Part shown: positions 1 through 12,692 of the stretch, in pieces | Position numbering within the stretch: position 1 is the stretch's first letter | Layout of the letters: each line of letters opens with the position of its first letter | Assembly: GCA_973851085.1 (NCBI GenBank) | Contig: OZ316775.1 | Span: 10,168,001 to 10,232,000, forward strand | DNA length: 64,000 bases | Direction of reading: 5' to 3' | From: Ptychomitrium polyphyllum | Lineage: Eukaryota | Translations under genes and position numbers: made by a program | The notes under the pieces: model-generated | Told to the model about the DNA's origin: nothing | Databases searched by the model: none | What the model saw: only the letters and a program-made list of their open reading frames with translations

Positions 1-112
1 TCATCAAACGAATGCTCTCGAAGTAAAATATCTTGTTTAGTATTCTGGCAATTTTTAGTTGCTTCCGATTACGAAGAAAACTTATAAACTTTTTGTTGCG
101 GCGTGTTGACAG

Positions 113-3100
113 GTATCGGAGTCGTCGTTCAAGGACCATGCTGCAGTATTTGAGAATCTGCATTGGGACATTCTCAAGGAAACTGGGTACATGAGCTGGT
201 TCGGGTTGGCCTTCACATTGGCTGGCTATCTGAGTTATCACTGCCAAGCCGAGGCTAAGTCTGCCGCGGGGGAGAAATGGTCAAGCCTTCGATCCGAGAC
301 GGACTTCATTATTGATCAACTGGATGAGCTCAAGCTCTGCCTTGAAGTGGACAATGATATGTTCAAGATTGCTGCAGGGACTCTTCTTTACTGCTGCGCT
401 GCTGTCCGTCTATTGAAGAAGAAGAATCGCGGGTTCGCTTTCTACCCTTCCACCACTCAGAGAAGAATGGTTTATTAAGTGATAAGTGGGAGAATAGTTG
501 AAGATGACGTCTTTCCTGCAAGCTACTGCAGTCCTCATATAGAGTATAAATTTAGATTGAAACGGGAACATTGATGTCAAGAGTTGGTGAAGTTCAGCAA
601 TGTGCTTTAATTTTCATGCAGCACTGTAGTTTTTTTTGACACATTTTTGGGACTAACTACAGCACTGGTTTTTCTTTTGTTCTGGCAGCTGTTTGTGCTT
701 TGCATCTCGGAATTCAGTAGTGCCAGTGAAGGAGCAGATTGAGAATTCGATTGCAGAGCTGAAGAGTTTGCAAAAAAACATCACGTTTGCCACTTTGGCT
801 GCAGTTGGGAACCGTGTCTCGCAGCCTGTGAGCGACGGAGGGTCAAGTGTCAAACGTTCTGGGCCTGAGAATTGGACTGCAAGTGTCGGCCTCGAGCACC
901 ATGTTGCAACGGTATGTGAATTCGTGAGAAACAAAGGCATCTCTCTTGTTGGCATCCATGGGCAGGCTGGGTTGGGGAAGACCACCCTTCTAAATGAAAT
1001 TGTCGCTAAGATTGAGAAAGAGGAGAAGCGCTTGTTCGCTTACATTGAAGTTGGTGAAGACCTGAAGAAACTCCAAAGCTCCCTGCTTGAGCAACTCGGG
1101 GGTGGCAAGAAGGAAATAACCAGTGTTGCGCAAGGTCGCAGTGCACTCCTTGCTCAGCTCCGGAAGCTGAAAGAGAACAACAAAGTCGCTCGGATTGCTA
1201 TTGATAATCTGTATGACGTTCGTCTTGTGGGTGAGTTCTTTCCTCACAGTTTAGGAAAATTCTTGCCTGCCAACAGCTGTGTGATCATCACCTGCCCTTC
1301 TGTGGCCATTCTTAGCAAGGTGGACGCTCTTTGTCGCCCTGCAATGCCGAACTATCACTACCTGCCCTACAAGCTGCCTTGCTTGGCGCCTCAGCAAGCT
1401 AAGGCTCTTTTCATCTCTCATGCTGCCTCTGAGCCAGTGAATACATTGTACTCCATCAATGGTATTTTCTCAAAGTACGGTGATCTTGCAAACCATTTTC
1501 TGCCGTTGTGTGAGGGTCTTCCCATGGCATTAAAGGTGGTCGGGTCCTACTTCTCAAACCCAGCGAATCGGAGCGAAGAAAACTGGTTGGCCATCGGGAA
1601 GCGGATGAAGCAAGTTGCAGAGGAGATGGATACCTCTGAAGATCAGATGTTTGCCAAGTTGCTGGTAGGCTACATTGAGGGCTTTCCGTATTTCTGTAGT
1701 GAATGTGAAATTCATTTCTTATGTTCTCGTACTTGCCTTTCGTAGTCACCCTGATGTTGATGAGTTGTTTTCATTTTCGTTTGTGCTGTTTGTGTATAGG
1801 TTATCTACGAGAAGTTAGGTCCAGCTCAGAAGGAGGCATTCCTGGATATTGCAGCCTTCCTACGAGGGTGGGATTGGCGGACAGTAGAGCGGGTTGTTGG
1901 AAAGCCGCAGTTGGATACTCTTGTAGACCAAGCCATGGTCAGTGCAAAACTAAAGGATGCTGAGAGCACCAGCGGCATTTCATTGTACACGCGTTACTCT
2001 GATCGACCATGGAAGTCGGAGATGGTTATGATGCACGAGCTTCTGTATGCTATTGCGTGCAGGCGAGCAGCTGGCAACCGGGTCTGTTCTGAGGATCAGG
2101 CGCACCTGCCCGAGAGGCTCAAAATGGATGGTCCTGGAATGGTCAGTGGCTGTTAAACTAATCCAAGTATTTGCTGCCTGGTTTGTAGCCGCACTGGGCA
2201 GAGAATTCCAGTAGCCTTCAAGCATCTTCTTGCAGTACTCTATTCAGTCTGGATCATTTTTATGTAACACAGTCGCTCAATGACTTTTACTGCAGGAACT
2301 GAGCGCTCTGCAGGGGCTTTCATTGATCAGTTGTAAGGAGCCCTTGCAAGGAACTATGCTGGAGAAAATGCAAGGTGCAAGAATTTTGATCCTGCACGAT
2401 ACAGGTGTGAAAGGCTACTGCACGAAGCCCCTCAACCAGCTTCAATTCTTGTATTGGGGTCGAAGCAGAGTTGCCCCAGACGTACGTATCCCATTTCAAA
2501 TGGAGAGACTGAAGAGACTGGAGATGTGCATCCTTCGGGCCGCAGAAATTGATCTTACCATCAAGGTACGCTGGTCGAAGTTTCTGGACTCTTCCCGATA
2601 CAAACTTTTTATGTAGGAATGTACTTGTATTATAATGCATTTGTAAATCTTTTCTTGGTACTAACGATGCTTTTGGTGCTTTCGAGGATCCGTTTGTGGG
2701 ATGTGCTTTGTATGAACATACACATGGGTTGGTATTTTGCAGTTCCCTTCGCAGCTGAAAGACCTTACCCTCATCGGCTGCAATAACATGGACGTTCTCC
2801 ACGAGCACATCCTCCAATTGACCGGACTTCTGGAGCTCCACCTTATCGGGTGCAACAAGCTTCACGACCTCACGGCGGACTTTGCAGAAATGAGAAGCCT
2901 CCGAAAATTTAGGCTGGAGAATTGTCTGAGCATGCGGCACCTCCACAAATCGATCGGTCAGCTTGCAAGCATCCGAGAGTTGGACCTGTCCGGGTGCACA
3001 AACATCACCACTCTCCCGTCCGAGATCGGCAACATTCAGACTCTTCTGAAGCTCAACCTCGTCCTCTGCAAGTGTCTGGTGAGACTACCAGCTGAAATCG

Positions 3101-3711
3101 GAAACCTCAAGAACCTGACTCACCTCTATCTGGGCCAGTCGGGGATCACCTCCCTGCCAGTTGAAATTGGCAAGCTTCGGTCTTTGGAAGAACTTTCGCT
3201 TACAGGCTGCGTCCGCCTGGAGAAACTGCCCCCACAAGTCGGCCAGTTGACTTCGCTTCTGAGGTTGAACTTGGGATCTTGCACTGGCATCAAGGAGCTC
3301 CCCTCGGAGATCGGTGGGATGCTCTCCCTCCAGAAGCTTGTCCTCAACTCGTGTACAGCCCTGGCACGACTCCCTGAGGAGTTGTTCGAGCTCGTGAACC
3401 TCCAGTCACTGGAGTTGGATTACATGAAGCTGTTGGCGCACTTGCCTGCTGAGATCGGCAACTTGAGGAGTCTCCAGCGTCTGTCCCTCAACTGCTGTAC
3501 CCGGCTGAACCGACTGCCCCCTGAAATCGGTAGCCTCCCAGCGTTGCAAGTGCTCAACCTTGTGGGCTGTACTGGGCTTAAGCCTGAACTCCCCATGGAG
3601 ATTCAGAAGCTGGCCAAGGAAAACGCTGTGTATGTACATAGGGAGGATGACACCATTATCCTCGAGGGCCCTGAAAATCCAAGCTATAAGCTTTACAACA
3701 TGAGCTACTAA
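113..3711 (+). CDS. NB-ARC-LRR (NLR) immune receptor; 5' end lies outside the window. Exons ~113-432, 689-1664, 1800-2141, 2296-2565, 2743-3711
   Basis: P-loop GQAGLGKTT, kinase-2 IAIDNLYD, GLPMAL, RNBS-D FLDIAAF, MHE at the MHD position, and regular 24-aa LRRs (LxxLPxEIGxLxxLxxLxL). The GT-AG introns join the exons in frame. Confidence 0.92.
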
Positions 3712-4067
3712 TTTTCTGGGCTGTTATTTCAAGTTCATGGCAGCTGCACTTGTGCGTGTCTCGTTCTTGACAGTGCGATTGTCGTCGTTCGCAACGGATC
3801 TTAAGCGTGTTATTGGAGTCGACTCAAGCAACAGTGTTTGCCGACCAATCAACACTATCGCTTTAAGACTAATTTCGATGCACTGGAGTGACTGGTTTCT
3901 TAACCGAGTTTCTTCTTTTGGCCATCAACTTTTGAGTGCGTACAGGTAACATTTTATTGGGTGGTTGTCTCCCAGACAATAGAAATCATTTTATACTGTA
4001 GATCAGCGAGAGTTGGAGATTTATTACTTTCTTCTTTCTTTTCTTATTTCTCTTCAAGTGAGTATAA

Positions 4068-4270
4068 GCATCACCTGATGGGCTTAGGTAGTGCGCTTCG
4101 TCTGCCCATCTGAGGTTGTGGTTCCCACATCATTTGTGAAATGTTGGGGTGGTGGTAGGCGCAGATGAGGTGAATACTCGTATGCTCATTCTGATGCGAG
4201 AGGTTGGTGTAGGATAGAATAACAGCACTAGTATGGGATGATGAATCGTCACATAGCGGAAGAAAAAGCT
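4068..4270 (+). mobile_element. Candidate tRNA-derived SINE-like or structured short repeat
   Basis: ~200-bp G-rich segment with a degenerate Pol III A-box (tgggcttaggtagt), a partial B-box (ggttcccac), several local stems (gatgggc/gcccatc, gcatca/tgatgc) and an A-rich end (gcggaagaaaaag). No TSD seen. Confidence 0.3.
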
Positions 4271-7200
4271 TTTAGGTTTTAGTTAGGGACTAGATCAATT
4301 TGAATGTTTTCACTGTCACCGATGGCACACTATTTTTAGCTGAAAAGCAACCATTACAACAGTCATGTGTATTTACGATTCAATGTGCTGTACTTAAGTT
4401 TTCTCTGTGTTCCGATCTGTTCAATCCCTCCTGTTCCTCGAATACTTGTGAGTTAATTTCAACGGGTATAGAAGTTGCATAAAGTTGGATACGTTCTGAC
4501 GGAGAAACGATAGCCTTACTAGTAATTCAGAACCTCTATTACATACTTCGTGCACGAGACCAACCATTCTTAATTTTGATACTGTCTGAGGAGTATTAGA
4601 ATACGGGTTGCAAACGGGTCCAGCTCCTATACTGTTATCGTTGTACTTGCACATGTGTGACTACATGGTTGATAGTGATTATCAGACCTAAGTCTTCGAA
4701 CCTCTCATTTAACCGGAACCTGCTCAGAGGTGCATCTGGCTCTGGAACAGTTACCTGGGCAAATGCTGTGCCGAACTTCTAAAGAAACTCATGGAAAGCA
4801 GAAACTTGACTCTCCAACGAAATGTCTATCTGATTCAAATGAAGTGAACCGCTTACATGTTATTCGCAAATTCAGAGTTGCGAACCTTCTCCGCCAAGAC
4901 GGGGTTGTATACATTAGTCTTCATCGATCTTAGGCAACAGAAGCGATGCATCTAAATCCCAGTACTCAAACACTTCGCATAATTGTGTATAGCAATACAA
5001 GGGTAGAATGCAAACACGTGTTACAGATCACTTTTCCAACTCCAAACAACAAACTTTTATGTGAAACCTCATTCTGAGCTGAATTCTAGCACGACGCATT
5101 TATAATCCCATACTCATTGGCGAATAAAGGCCACAACCACCCTCAATCGGACCTATAAGAAAGAGCACGCGATCCTGCAACGGTATGTCTTTGAATAAAA
5201 CCAAAGACTGCAGCAAAGTAAAGATATACTATTCCACGGGGGATGACTCTTGGACCCAACCGGCATCCCATATGCCGGATACACAACCCTACAGTCTGAC
5301 GTGGAACCACCTTCATAGCACTTAGGGTTTGAGGAAAGCTGCGCTGCAGTGCCTGCCGTTGTAAGATTGTTTTGTTTTAGGGAGTTTATTTCACTGTCGT
5401 CCTGATCTGAGAGTGCTTAGTGCTGAATCTGCCTATGTTTTTTGGAGCTTGGTTTCGTTTTGTTGACGCTTTTACGTGGTGTAGAGTCCGGCATCATGCC
5501 TTTTTATGGGTGTCTCGATATTGAGATGATACGGCGCCCATAGGAACGGCCGCATAATGGCTTGTTATGATGCGGCAGCGGCCAGACAACCACTTCCACG
5601 GTGCTTGTTCTGTTCCATGTGCTTGGCCTACTATTCAAGAGATTTTTTCCCTTTCTGGGTTAAGGTCTTTTCTCCATTCGTTTTATCTAGAGCAGATCTG
5701 CTCTGCTCTTTTCTTAGGCTTTCGTGATTTAGTGATGGTTTGGTATCTGCCCCATACTGAGTCTGCAGTGGTCCTCGTTTCGATGGAGGAACTACTGCCG
5801 CATGGGGCGGAAATTGACGCTGACGAGAAGATGATGGAAAGGGTCAGGTTCCTCTCCTCCATACATGTGAGCAATAATCTTTCTAATCTGACGTATTATT
5901 CACTCTTTCGGTTTGGTTTGGTGGTTTTTGAGATGCTTGCGTTTGGCCGCGAGTTGATGTGGTTGTACTCAACAGCGATGTTCTTATGTTCGTGCTTTTG
6001 TAGAGGAAACTGTTCTTTCTGGGGTCTTAGCCACTCGTCTCAGCTTTTCTAGTAGGGTCAGCATCGTTAAAATACCACTCATGGCGATCTATTACGTTGA
6101 GTGTATGAAACTTTTGCCAGAATGGTTTGTGATGACTTTCCCTTACAGCTTCAGTTCTGAAATCAAAGCTGTAAGATACGCATTCGTTTACAGATTTTGA
6201 TGCACTTGGTTAGTATAGGTGTTGAGTTTGAAGACACAAGGTATATCCTTTTCTTCTGAAGGGGGAGGAGAGGTCCATTTTCTTTAACCGTCTGCAGCTG
6301 ATGCTGTAGCATGGGAGACTACAAAAGGAAGTGTACATGTTCCAAGAGGGATCGTGTGATGAAAAACAAACGTAAACCAATGGATCCTTCGGACATGGCT
6401 CAAGCTGTGAATGATTCTGAAAGTTCTAGCTGACGATCTCTATTATTTTACTGATCATTAAATGTGTCCTTCTAGTGATGATCAAACAAATACTTTCGTT
6501 CTACCTATTTGCATCATGCATTGAGGAAAGCTATTTGGAGACCTGAACTGAAGAAAGATATGTTGTGACGTAAGTTGGTTTGAATCATCTCATATTTTGG
6601 AAGCTTACGTTTGCTTACCAGATATCACTGTAATCTGAGTTTTTCCACCACCGTCTGAGCTGGGCAGGGTTTAGTCTAGCCCTGGTGTACTGCACGGGTT
6701 CTCTGTGCGGCGCCCTTATCTAGTGGTCTTGGAGGAACCTTGCGGTGTCATAGTACAGTTTGCATAGTGGATGGTTCACCCATCTGTATATACTGTAATC
6801 TGTCTCCAAATTCCACTACAGATGGATTTAAAATTCTTGTAAATCAGATTTGTAATTTTCTGTACAAAAGATGAGGTCAATTCTGTAATCAGAGGTTTGC
6901 ACATCCCAGCACTAGGTGTCGATTGATGACACTCATGTCACTATTTAGATGCAAACAGTAACATATTTCCACTGCTAGTATGGAGGAGGCGTGCATCTTG
7001 CTCGTGGATGGACGTTTTACTTCGCTTTAGCACATTTCTGGCTTTTCCAATATCCTACATTTCTTGAATCAAGCCGGAGTACCATCGGATTTTGAAATGG
7101 AAACAGGCTCCGAGAATTATAGCAATGAGCAGTGAGTTCTGATTAAGAACTTTGCTTTAATCAATATTTAACTTACACAGTAAGAGCTGAGTTCTCACTT

Positions 7201-7639
7201 ATCAGAATATGAACTTTCGATAGTAGGAATTGTCAAATTCTCTTGCTACTGATAATCTCAAATAAACTCTGGAAACGCCTTCTGAATATCGAATACATCT
7301 TTGGAAAGACGTAAAAACATAGTAGTTTGTCGCACTGTCAAACAAAGAGCTATCACTAAACCTTAAGCATTTTAATTAAAGAATGGATGAGAACTCTGAT
7401 CATTATCTGTTGCACACACTTTCGACCCTGACATGCTACATCATGTGAGGGCACGTGAATATGAAAATCATTAAACTGATTGCTGACTGGTGCGATGCTA
7501 GTGAGTTGACGGTGGACTCTAACCCATGGATAGGTAGGTTTTGTAACGCTCGTCCGTTGAAACCATGCCACTTTCCCTTTCGTGATCATCCAAGCAAAAG
7601 TAATTAGTTAACGTCGAACTTCTCGGTTTCTCTGCTTGA

Positions 7640-7927
7640 TCACTGAGGCTTCTTCCGAACTTTCTCCTTAATCCACTTGAAGCTTGCTGTCGTACCCGCC
7701 TTCAGTTTCTGAGCACCAACGGTGGCAGCAACTTTAGTCTTCTCCATTCCAACGGTGGCAGCAACCTTGGTTTTCTGCATGCCAACGCTTGCAGCTGCCT
7801 TTGCCTTGTCCATCTTCTCTTTGTTGTTGGTCTTTGAGGATTTCTTCTCAAGTTCATTGGGCTTGGCATCATCATAATGAGGATCCCACTGATCCGCCCA
7901 ATCAAGGCCTTTGCCACTTTGAGACAT
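7640..7927 (-). CDS. Small conserved plant protein of unknown function (95 aa, WADQWD motif, basic 11-aa repeats)
   Basis: MSQSGKGLDWADQWD...KAKAAASVGMQKTKVAATVGMEKTKVAATVGAQKLK...FKWIKEK matches the land-plant WADQWD/WIKEK small-protein pattern. ATG at 7927. Confidence 0.8.
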   Translation of the reverse strand: MSQSGKGLDWADQWDPHYDDAKPNELEKKSSKTNNKEKMDKAKAAASVGMQKTKVAATVGMEKTKVAATVGAQKLKAGTTASFKWIKEKVRKKPQ

Positions 7928-10900
7928 CTTCGCAAATCTGAAATTCCTGAAATCAATTTTGGATAAGACAACTGGGGTCCACAACCGCTACACAAACCCT
8001 ACATGCGAGATAATGAAGAAAGGTAAAGCAGAGGAAGAGAGTTAAGTTCCTACTACACCAGTTCGAGACACAGCAATCTGAGATACTCTAGGACACATAC
8101 ATATTCTACAGAAGAATAAACTACGATCGCATAATGTAGCAACGAATAGTAGCCTCAATTATTGAGCATTATGTGCTTATAATATTCTAGCCTCAATTAC
8201 AAGCACATAATGCTGACGGGAGCCGGAGAATAGTATAGCTCTTGTCAAACAGTCTTTGGGGTAAATTATCTGAACGAAAGAAACAGTTCAAGTACAAGCC
8301 TGAACGACGCTCGTCGCTTTGTTTCAAAGCAGCCATAAGTGAAAACACAGCAAATGCAAAACCACAAGCTCTTGGAGCTAACAAGCTGAGACGAAAAGTA
8401 TAAACCAAACACCCCACCGCCAAAAGACTTTAAAAACTGATGCCTCTTGCATATTAAAGCGGAGTGCCACAGCTTCGCAAAACCACAACTTCCTACTCAT
8501 CATGCAAACTCACACTGTTGACTTACCTTTTCTCATTTTCGCAACATGCGCGACAGTAAACCTGAAAGAGCGTACTTCTACGCACAAAATCCTCAACCGG
8601 TCGAAACCACAATCATCGTTACGCATCGTAGCGAAAAAAATACTGAGTGAGAAGCAGCAAAGTACCTGGAACTCGGCGCGACGGATATCAGAAGCTCAAA
8701 ACCCTGACGCAAATTAGCTTGTGGGGTACAACGCTCACTCAACCAACCTCCACTCTACCGTCACAAAACCTCGATCGTCTCGGTTCGCACCGAAATACCG
8801 ACTCAAGCAATTCTCGTATGCAACCTCGGTGAAGACCCAGATCCGCACTCAACCATACACGGCTCTCCCAAATCTTGCAAGCGACTCCGGGCAAAGACAG
8901 TGCGAGCACTCGCTCAGGCGGAAAGCTGTGACGAGACACAGGCCTCGCCTGTCGCCGCGGTCTTCGAAACCATCCCCTCGCGGTAATGGACCCTGTCGCC
9001 GGCGACCGTCGCTGACTCCTCGAAGCAGGGGTTGCGAGGTTGCCACTCTTGCAGGATGTATGGGTTAGGTAACCCATGCTGCAGCCGACATCTGCTACGA
9101 TCCTCGAAGTTGGGGTGGAAATGCGAGCGAGGTTTCAATTGAACTAGTTTTTTCTTTTATTCTTGGTCCCCTTTTGGTTGTGGTGTGAGTTCGGTGAGTG
9201 ACGGGCATGGTGAAAAGATTGTTTCACATGTGACGTTGTCACTGGGAAGCTCAGTCGGTACTGCTGCGGATTCCTGGGGGGTCTTACGAGCTTGAAAACT
9301 TCGACATGGACAAGCAGAGGACGACCTTGCATGGAATCACCAGCAGCCTATTTTCTAGTTGCAATTAGCTTACATGATGCCACGAGCAATATTTCAAATT
9401 AGCCTGTTGGATACAATGTTTTATTGGTCTGTTTGCCTGAGAAAAGATTTCCGTTCTGCTCTCTTCTTGCTTATTCTCCTCACAGTGCCCTATGCTTGCA
9501 GTTGATTGCATCATTTCCTTTTAGTTAAAATTTAGTAGAATCTCTGTCTCTTCTCTGCTAAGAAGCTCGAACCTACCGTTGCAAATGCGTTTTTTTAGTA
9601 CTGACGCAGACTCAACTTGAAGTTTCTGAGTGGGTTCGCTTGTGGATTCTACCTGTACAGCATCTTCGCACTCGTAATTTTAGAGATACGGCGTTCTGGA
9701 TTTGGTGTCAGCATGTCACACCATGTCGCATCTCATATGCAGATCGTGTTTTCTTATCTTGTCAAATAAATCTCTTGCTCAATCTTTGAGGATTTCAGCA
9801 TATTTTGGCTTCGTATGCTACTTATTTATGACATATCTGATATTAAGGATCTTTAAGACAGATCATTTGGAGTTTCTATGACCCATTAGCATCAGTTGAT
9901 GCAAGATTAATCCCTTCATCTAGGGTTTAGTGATTCACTGATACTCTTTCAGTTGGGAATCATACTTGCTGAGCTCTGGGTGGCATGTTTGGCCTGTAGG
10001 TTTAAGCTCATATTGGATCAGTGGTATTCCTGTTCATGATGCCAGCGATGTATTTCTGGAAGTAGGCAATCTGACCAAGTATAGCGGCCTGGTGGTGGTT
10101 CACGCATTTCATTAATTTTATTTTGCCACATCATGGATTGTCTTGCGGCTCGTCAGTTTTCCTTCTGTGCTCCCAAGAAGAACGAGGTCTACTCTTCGTT
10201 TCTCTTTCATTTTGCAATGGATCACAGACTCTTGTGTAGTAAATAATTAGCAATCAATAGTGGAATACGGAACATTCTGAGCAAGAGCATTCTGAGCACC
10301 TCAGGGTGAAGTTTGTCAGGCGCCACAAATAATTGCTTCTGGATCTCACAGACAGAAGACTGCCGAGGAGACATTTTGTGGATTCCCTGTTGTGCTCGAT
10401 TCGATTTTAATGTCCCGTTTCCTGGTCCATGCCTTGGAGTTTACATCAGTCGTTCCGTGAGAGGTTTAGGAATTCTTTATAGATAATATTGTTCAGAAGA
10501 AGTGCCAAACTGATGTTCCTTTTCTAAACAGATTAAGTCACCTGCACGTCAAAGCCTGTCTAGTTGTTGTTGCTCCAGGGGTGTTAGGTGCAGCATCTTT
10601 CTAAAATGTTAAGGACTTGTGCAATCTACATGCATCGACGTTCTCTTTGGAGATACGACCTGTATTCGTTATGCTGTACCGTCTCTGTGCTTTGGTAAGA
10701 TAGTTCACAATTCAAATGCAATTCTGGTTCAAAACAGACCTTCTGAAAACACGAGAAGATTGTGAATCACACGTCATCAAGGAGGTGTAAGTTTCAAGAT
10801 ACAAAATCGGTGTGGAGTCAAGGCAGCGGATTCCCCTTTGCAAAGTTAATGCCGTAATCAATCATAAAGCAGAAGCAGGGTGTTGACTGAAAGCGGACAC

Positions 10901-10945
10901 AGTTGTAATGAACTTCAAATCACCCCAACGGAGGGGAACAATCGA

Positions 10946-12019
10946 AACATGCAATCAGAAGCACTGTCGACATACAAGAACGCGAACTAACTGTAACATG
11001 TGCGTCCGGTCAGAACAGTCACCACGGTGTTTGTGCCTGGTCGTCTCCGAACGTCCATAGTTTGCAGCTCCTGTCATGACGGCAACAATGTACTGCACAT
11101 GCATCGGCGACTGATCGCAGCAAGTAAGCGATCACACGCAAAGAGACTGCAGAGCCAGAAACTCCCCGAGCGTTTAGCACGGCCATCGCGGCATCCACGG
11201 AACAGATTGTCGACGGTGCTGACGCAACCATCGACGAACACAGACAACACGAAACGGAGACAGCCGGCCGTGTAGGTCAGCTTACACACATCAGGACTGT
11301 GCATCGCACGCGCGCGTTTCTTTCCAAAGTCCATCGAGCACATTACAAGAGGTCGCCCCCATCGGTCTCTGAAGCCAGCAGCCCGGTACCGCACGTTGGA
11401 CATCACCAGACATGTTTATTGGAACGCAACTCAGATGTACACAGCGACGCAAGGTGCAGGCTGGTCTTGCCAGACTACTCTCTACTCGGCGAATGCCAGA
11501 GATGAACCACGAGCTACGGTGGTGGCATACTCAAACTGAGAGTGACGGAGTTCCCGTAGAGGCCCGTGTCCTCGTCGAGCGGATCGAAGATCTGTACCAG
11601 CTGCTTGTTGATACGCGATTGATCCCAGGAGTTTTCTGTCAGGTTGTACGTCACGGAGCGGCCCTTGAAAGATGAGATGACGATGGAGTCGCCGTCCCCG
11701 ACGGACAGGAAGCTTGCGTTGCGGCCGATCATGTCGTGATACGGACTCCAGGTGTCTATATACGGCACAAGCTGCACGAGGTCGTCAAAGTGCTTGCTCG
11801 GCATGTGCGAAACAACCGAGGTCTGCTTCTTCTTCTGGAGGTGAATCTCAACTATACAAAAGCTGTTTGCCCAAGCGCGGACGAAGAATAAACGGCCCAC
11901 GCTTACCACCAGCTGGGGTATCTTCGACATTGGGAGTTTTTCCACAACGATGCTCCACGAATCTTTAGCAGCGTCATACGACCATAAACTGTGCTTCAAT
12001 TTGGAGGAATCCCAAAAGA
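10946..12019. repeat. Inverted repeat arm 1 (F-box 3' CDS + 3' flank), partner at 19408-20482
   Basis: Seven ORF-track translations recur identically on the opposite strand with coordinate sum 31428. Both arm ends were checked by reading the sequence directly. Confidence 0.97.
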
Positions 12020-12692
12020 GAATGTAAAGGACGTTGTCAAGGAGGACACCTGAGCTTGGGTTGAGGTTCTGAGGCGGGTCACAAAGTTTCAACCAGTTTT
12101 CAGATTTGGAGTCGTACACGTGCATCCTCTGTCTTGTGGGTTCTGTAGGATGAACCTCTTCAATGAGAAAAATCTTGTAAGTCGTCATGTCGTCCTCAAC
12201 TGACATCAAGACAACTGGATTGTGTATACCAACCACCAAATCGAAAAACCCATAGAACGGGAGCTCTTTGGATTGTTTGGTCACAGGGTTGCAGATGAAT
12301 AGCGCGTGCTCTTCTAAACCCAAGGTGCTCCATAACACGCAGAAAAGTCCTTTCGCAGCGGCAATTGTACTTCTCTGAAAACCTATCTTGAATCTATCCA
12401 TCATCTCTACTTGCTTGAAGAGGAAATCGTCACTCAGATAGAAATACTTCCTGCTCACACTGTCGAACAACTCCCAACCCATCACCGCATCCGTCACCGT
12501 GTCCGGCATGACAAATACGTAGGACCTCTGAGGCCGAGCTTTCGCGCAGAGGGCGGCGAATGCAGGCTGCCGTACCAAGTCATTCCACTTCTTGCAAACC
12601 ACCCGAAACTGACACAGAGACGGAACCGGAAGAAACGAGAGCACTCTTTCCAGTATCTCACAAGGAAGATCCTGCCATAGCTTCTCTCTCAT
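11514..12692 (-). CDS. F-box protein with C-terminal kelch/FBA-like beta-propeller region
   Basis: F-box LWQDLPCEILERVLSFLPVPSLCQFRVVCKKWNDL followed by FICNPVTK and VYDSKSENW repeats. First in-frame ATG at 12692; an upstream exon cannot be excluded. Confidence 0.88.
   Translation of the reverse strand: MREKLWQDLPCEILERVLSFLPVPSLCQFRVVCKKWNDLVRQPAFAALCAKARPQRSYVFVMPDTVTDAVMGWELFDSVSRKYFYLSDDFLFKQVEMMDRFKIGFQRSTIAAAKGLFCVLWSTLGLEEHALFICNPVTKQSKELPFYGFFDLVVGIHNPVVLMSVEDDMTTYKIFLIEEVHPTEPTRQRMHVYDSKSENWLKLCDPPQNLNPSSGVLLDNVLYILFWDSSKLKHSLWSYDAAKDSWSIVVEKLPMSKIPQLVVSVGRLFFVRAWANSFCIVEIHLQKKKQTSVVSHMPSKHFDDLVQLVPYIDTWSPYHDMIGRNASFLSVGDGDSIVISSFKGRSVTYNLTENSWDQSRINKQLVQIFDPLDEDTGLYGNSVTLSLSMPPP

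Noticed and set aside
5300..6435. Possible small spliced gene (MEELLPHGAEIDADEKMMER...) downstream of a telo-box
   Set aside because: Candidate exons could not be joined into a stop-free frame and no family is recognisable. It may be non-coding.
8500..10900. Overlapping ORFs at 8500-9330 and possible box C/D snoRNAs at 9800-10100
   Set aside because: The ORFs look like GC-rich promoter/UTR noise, and there are no canonical RTGATGA...CTGA pairs with terminal stems.
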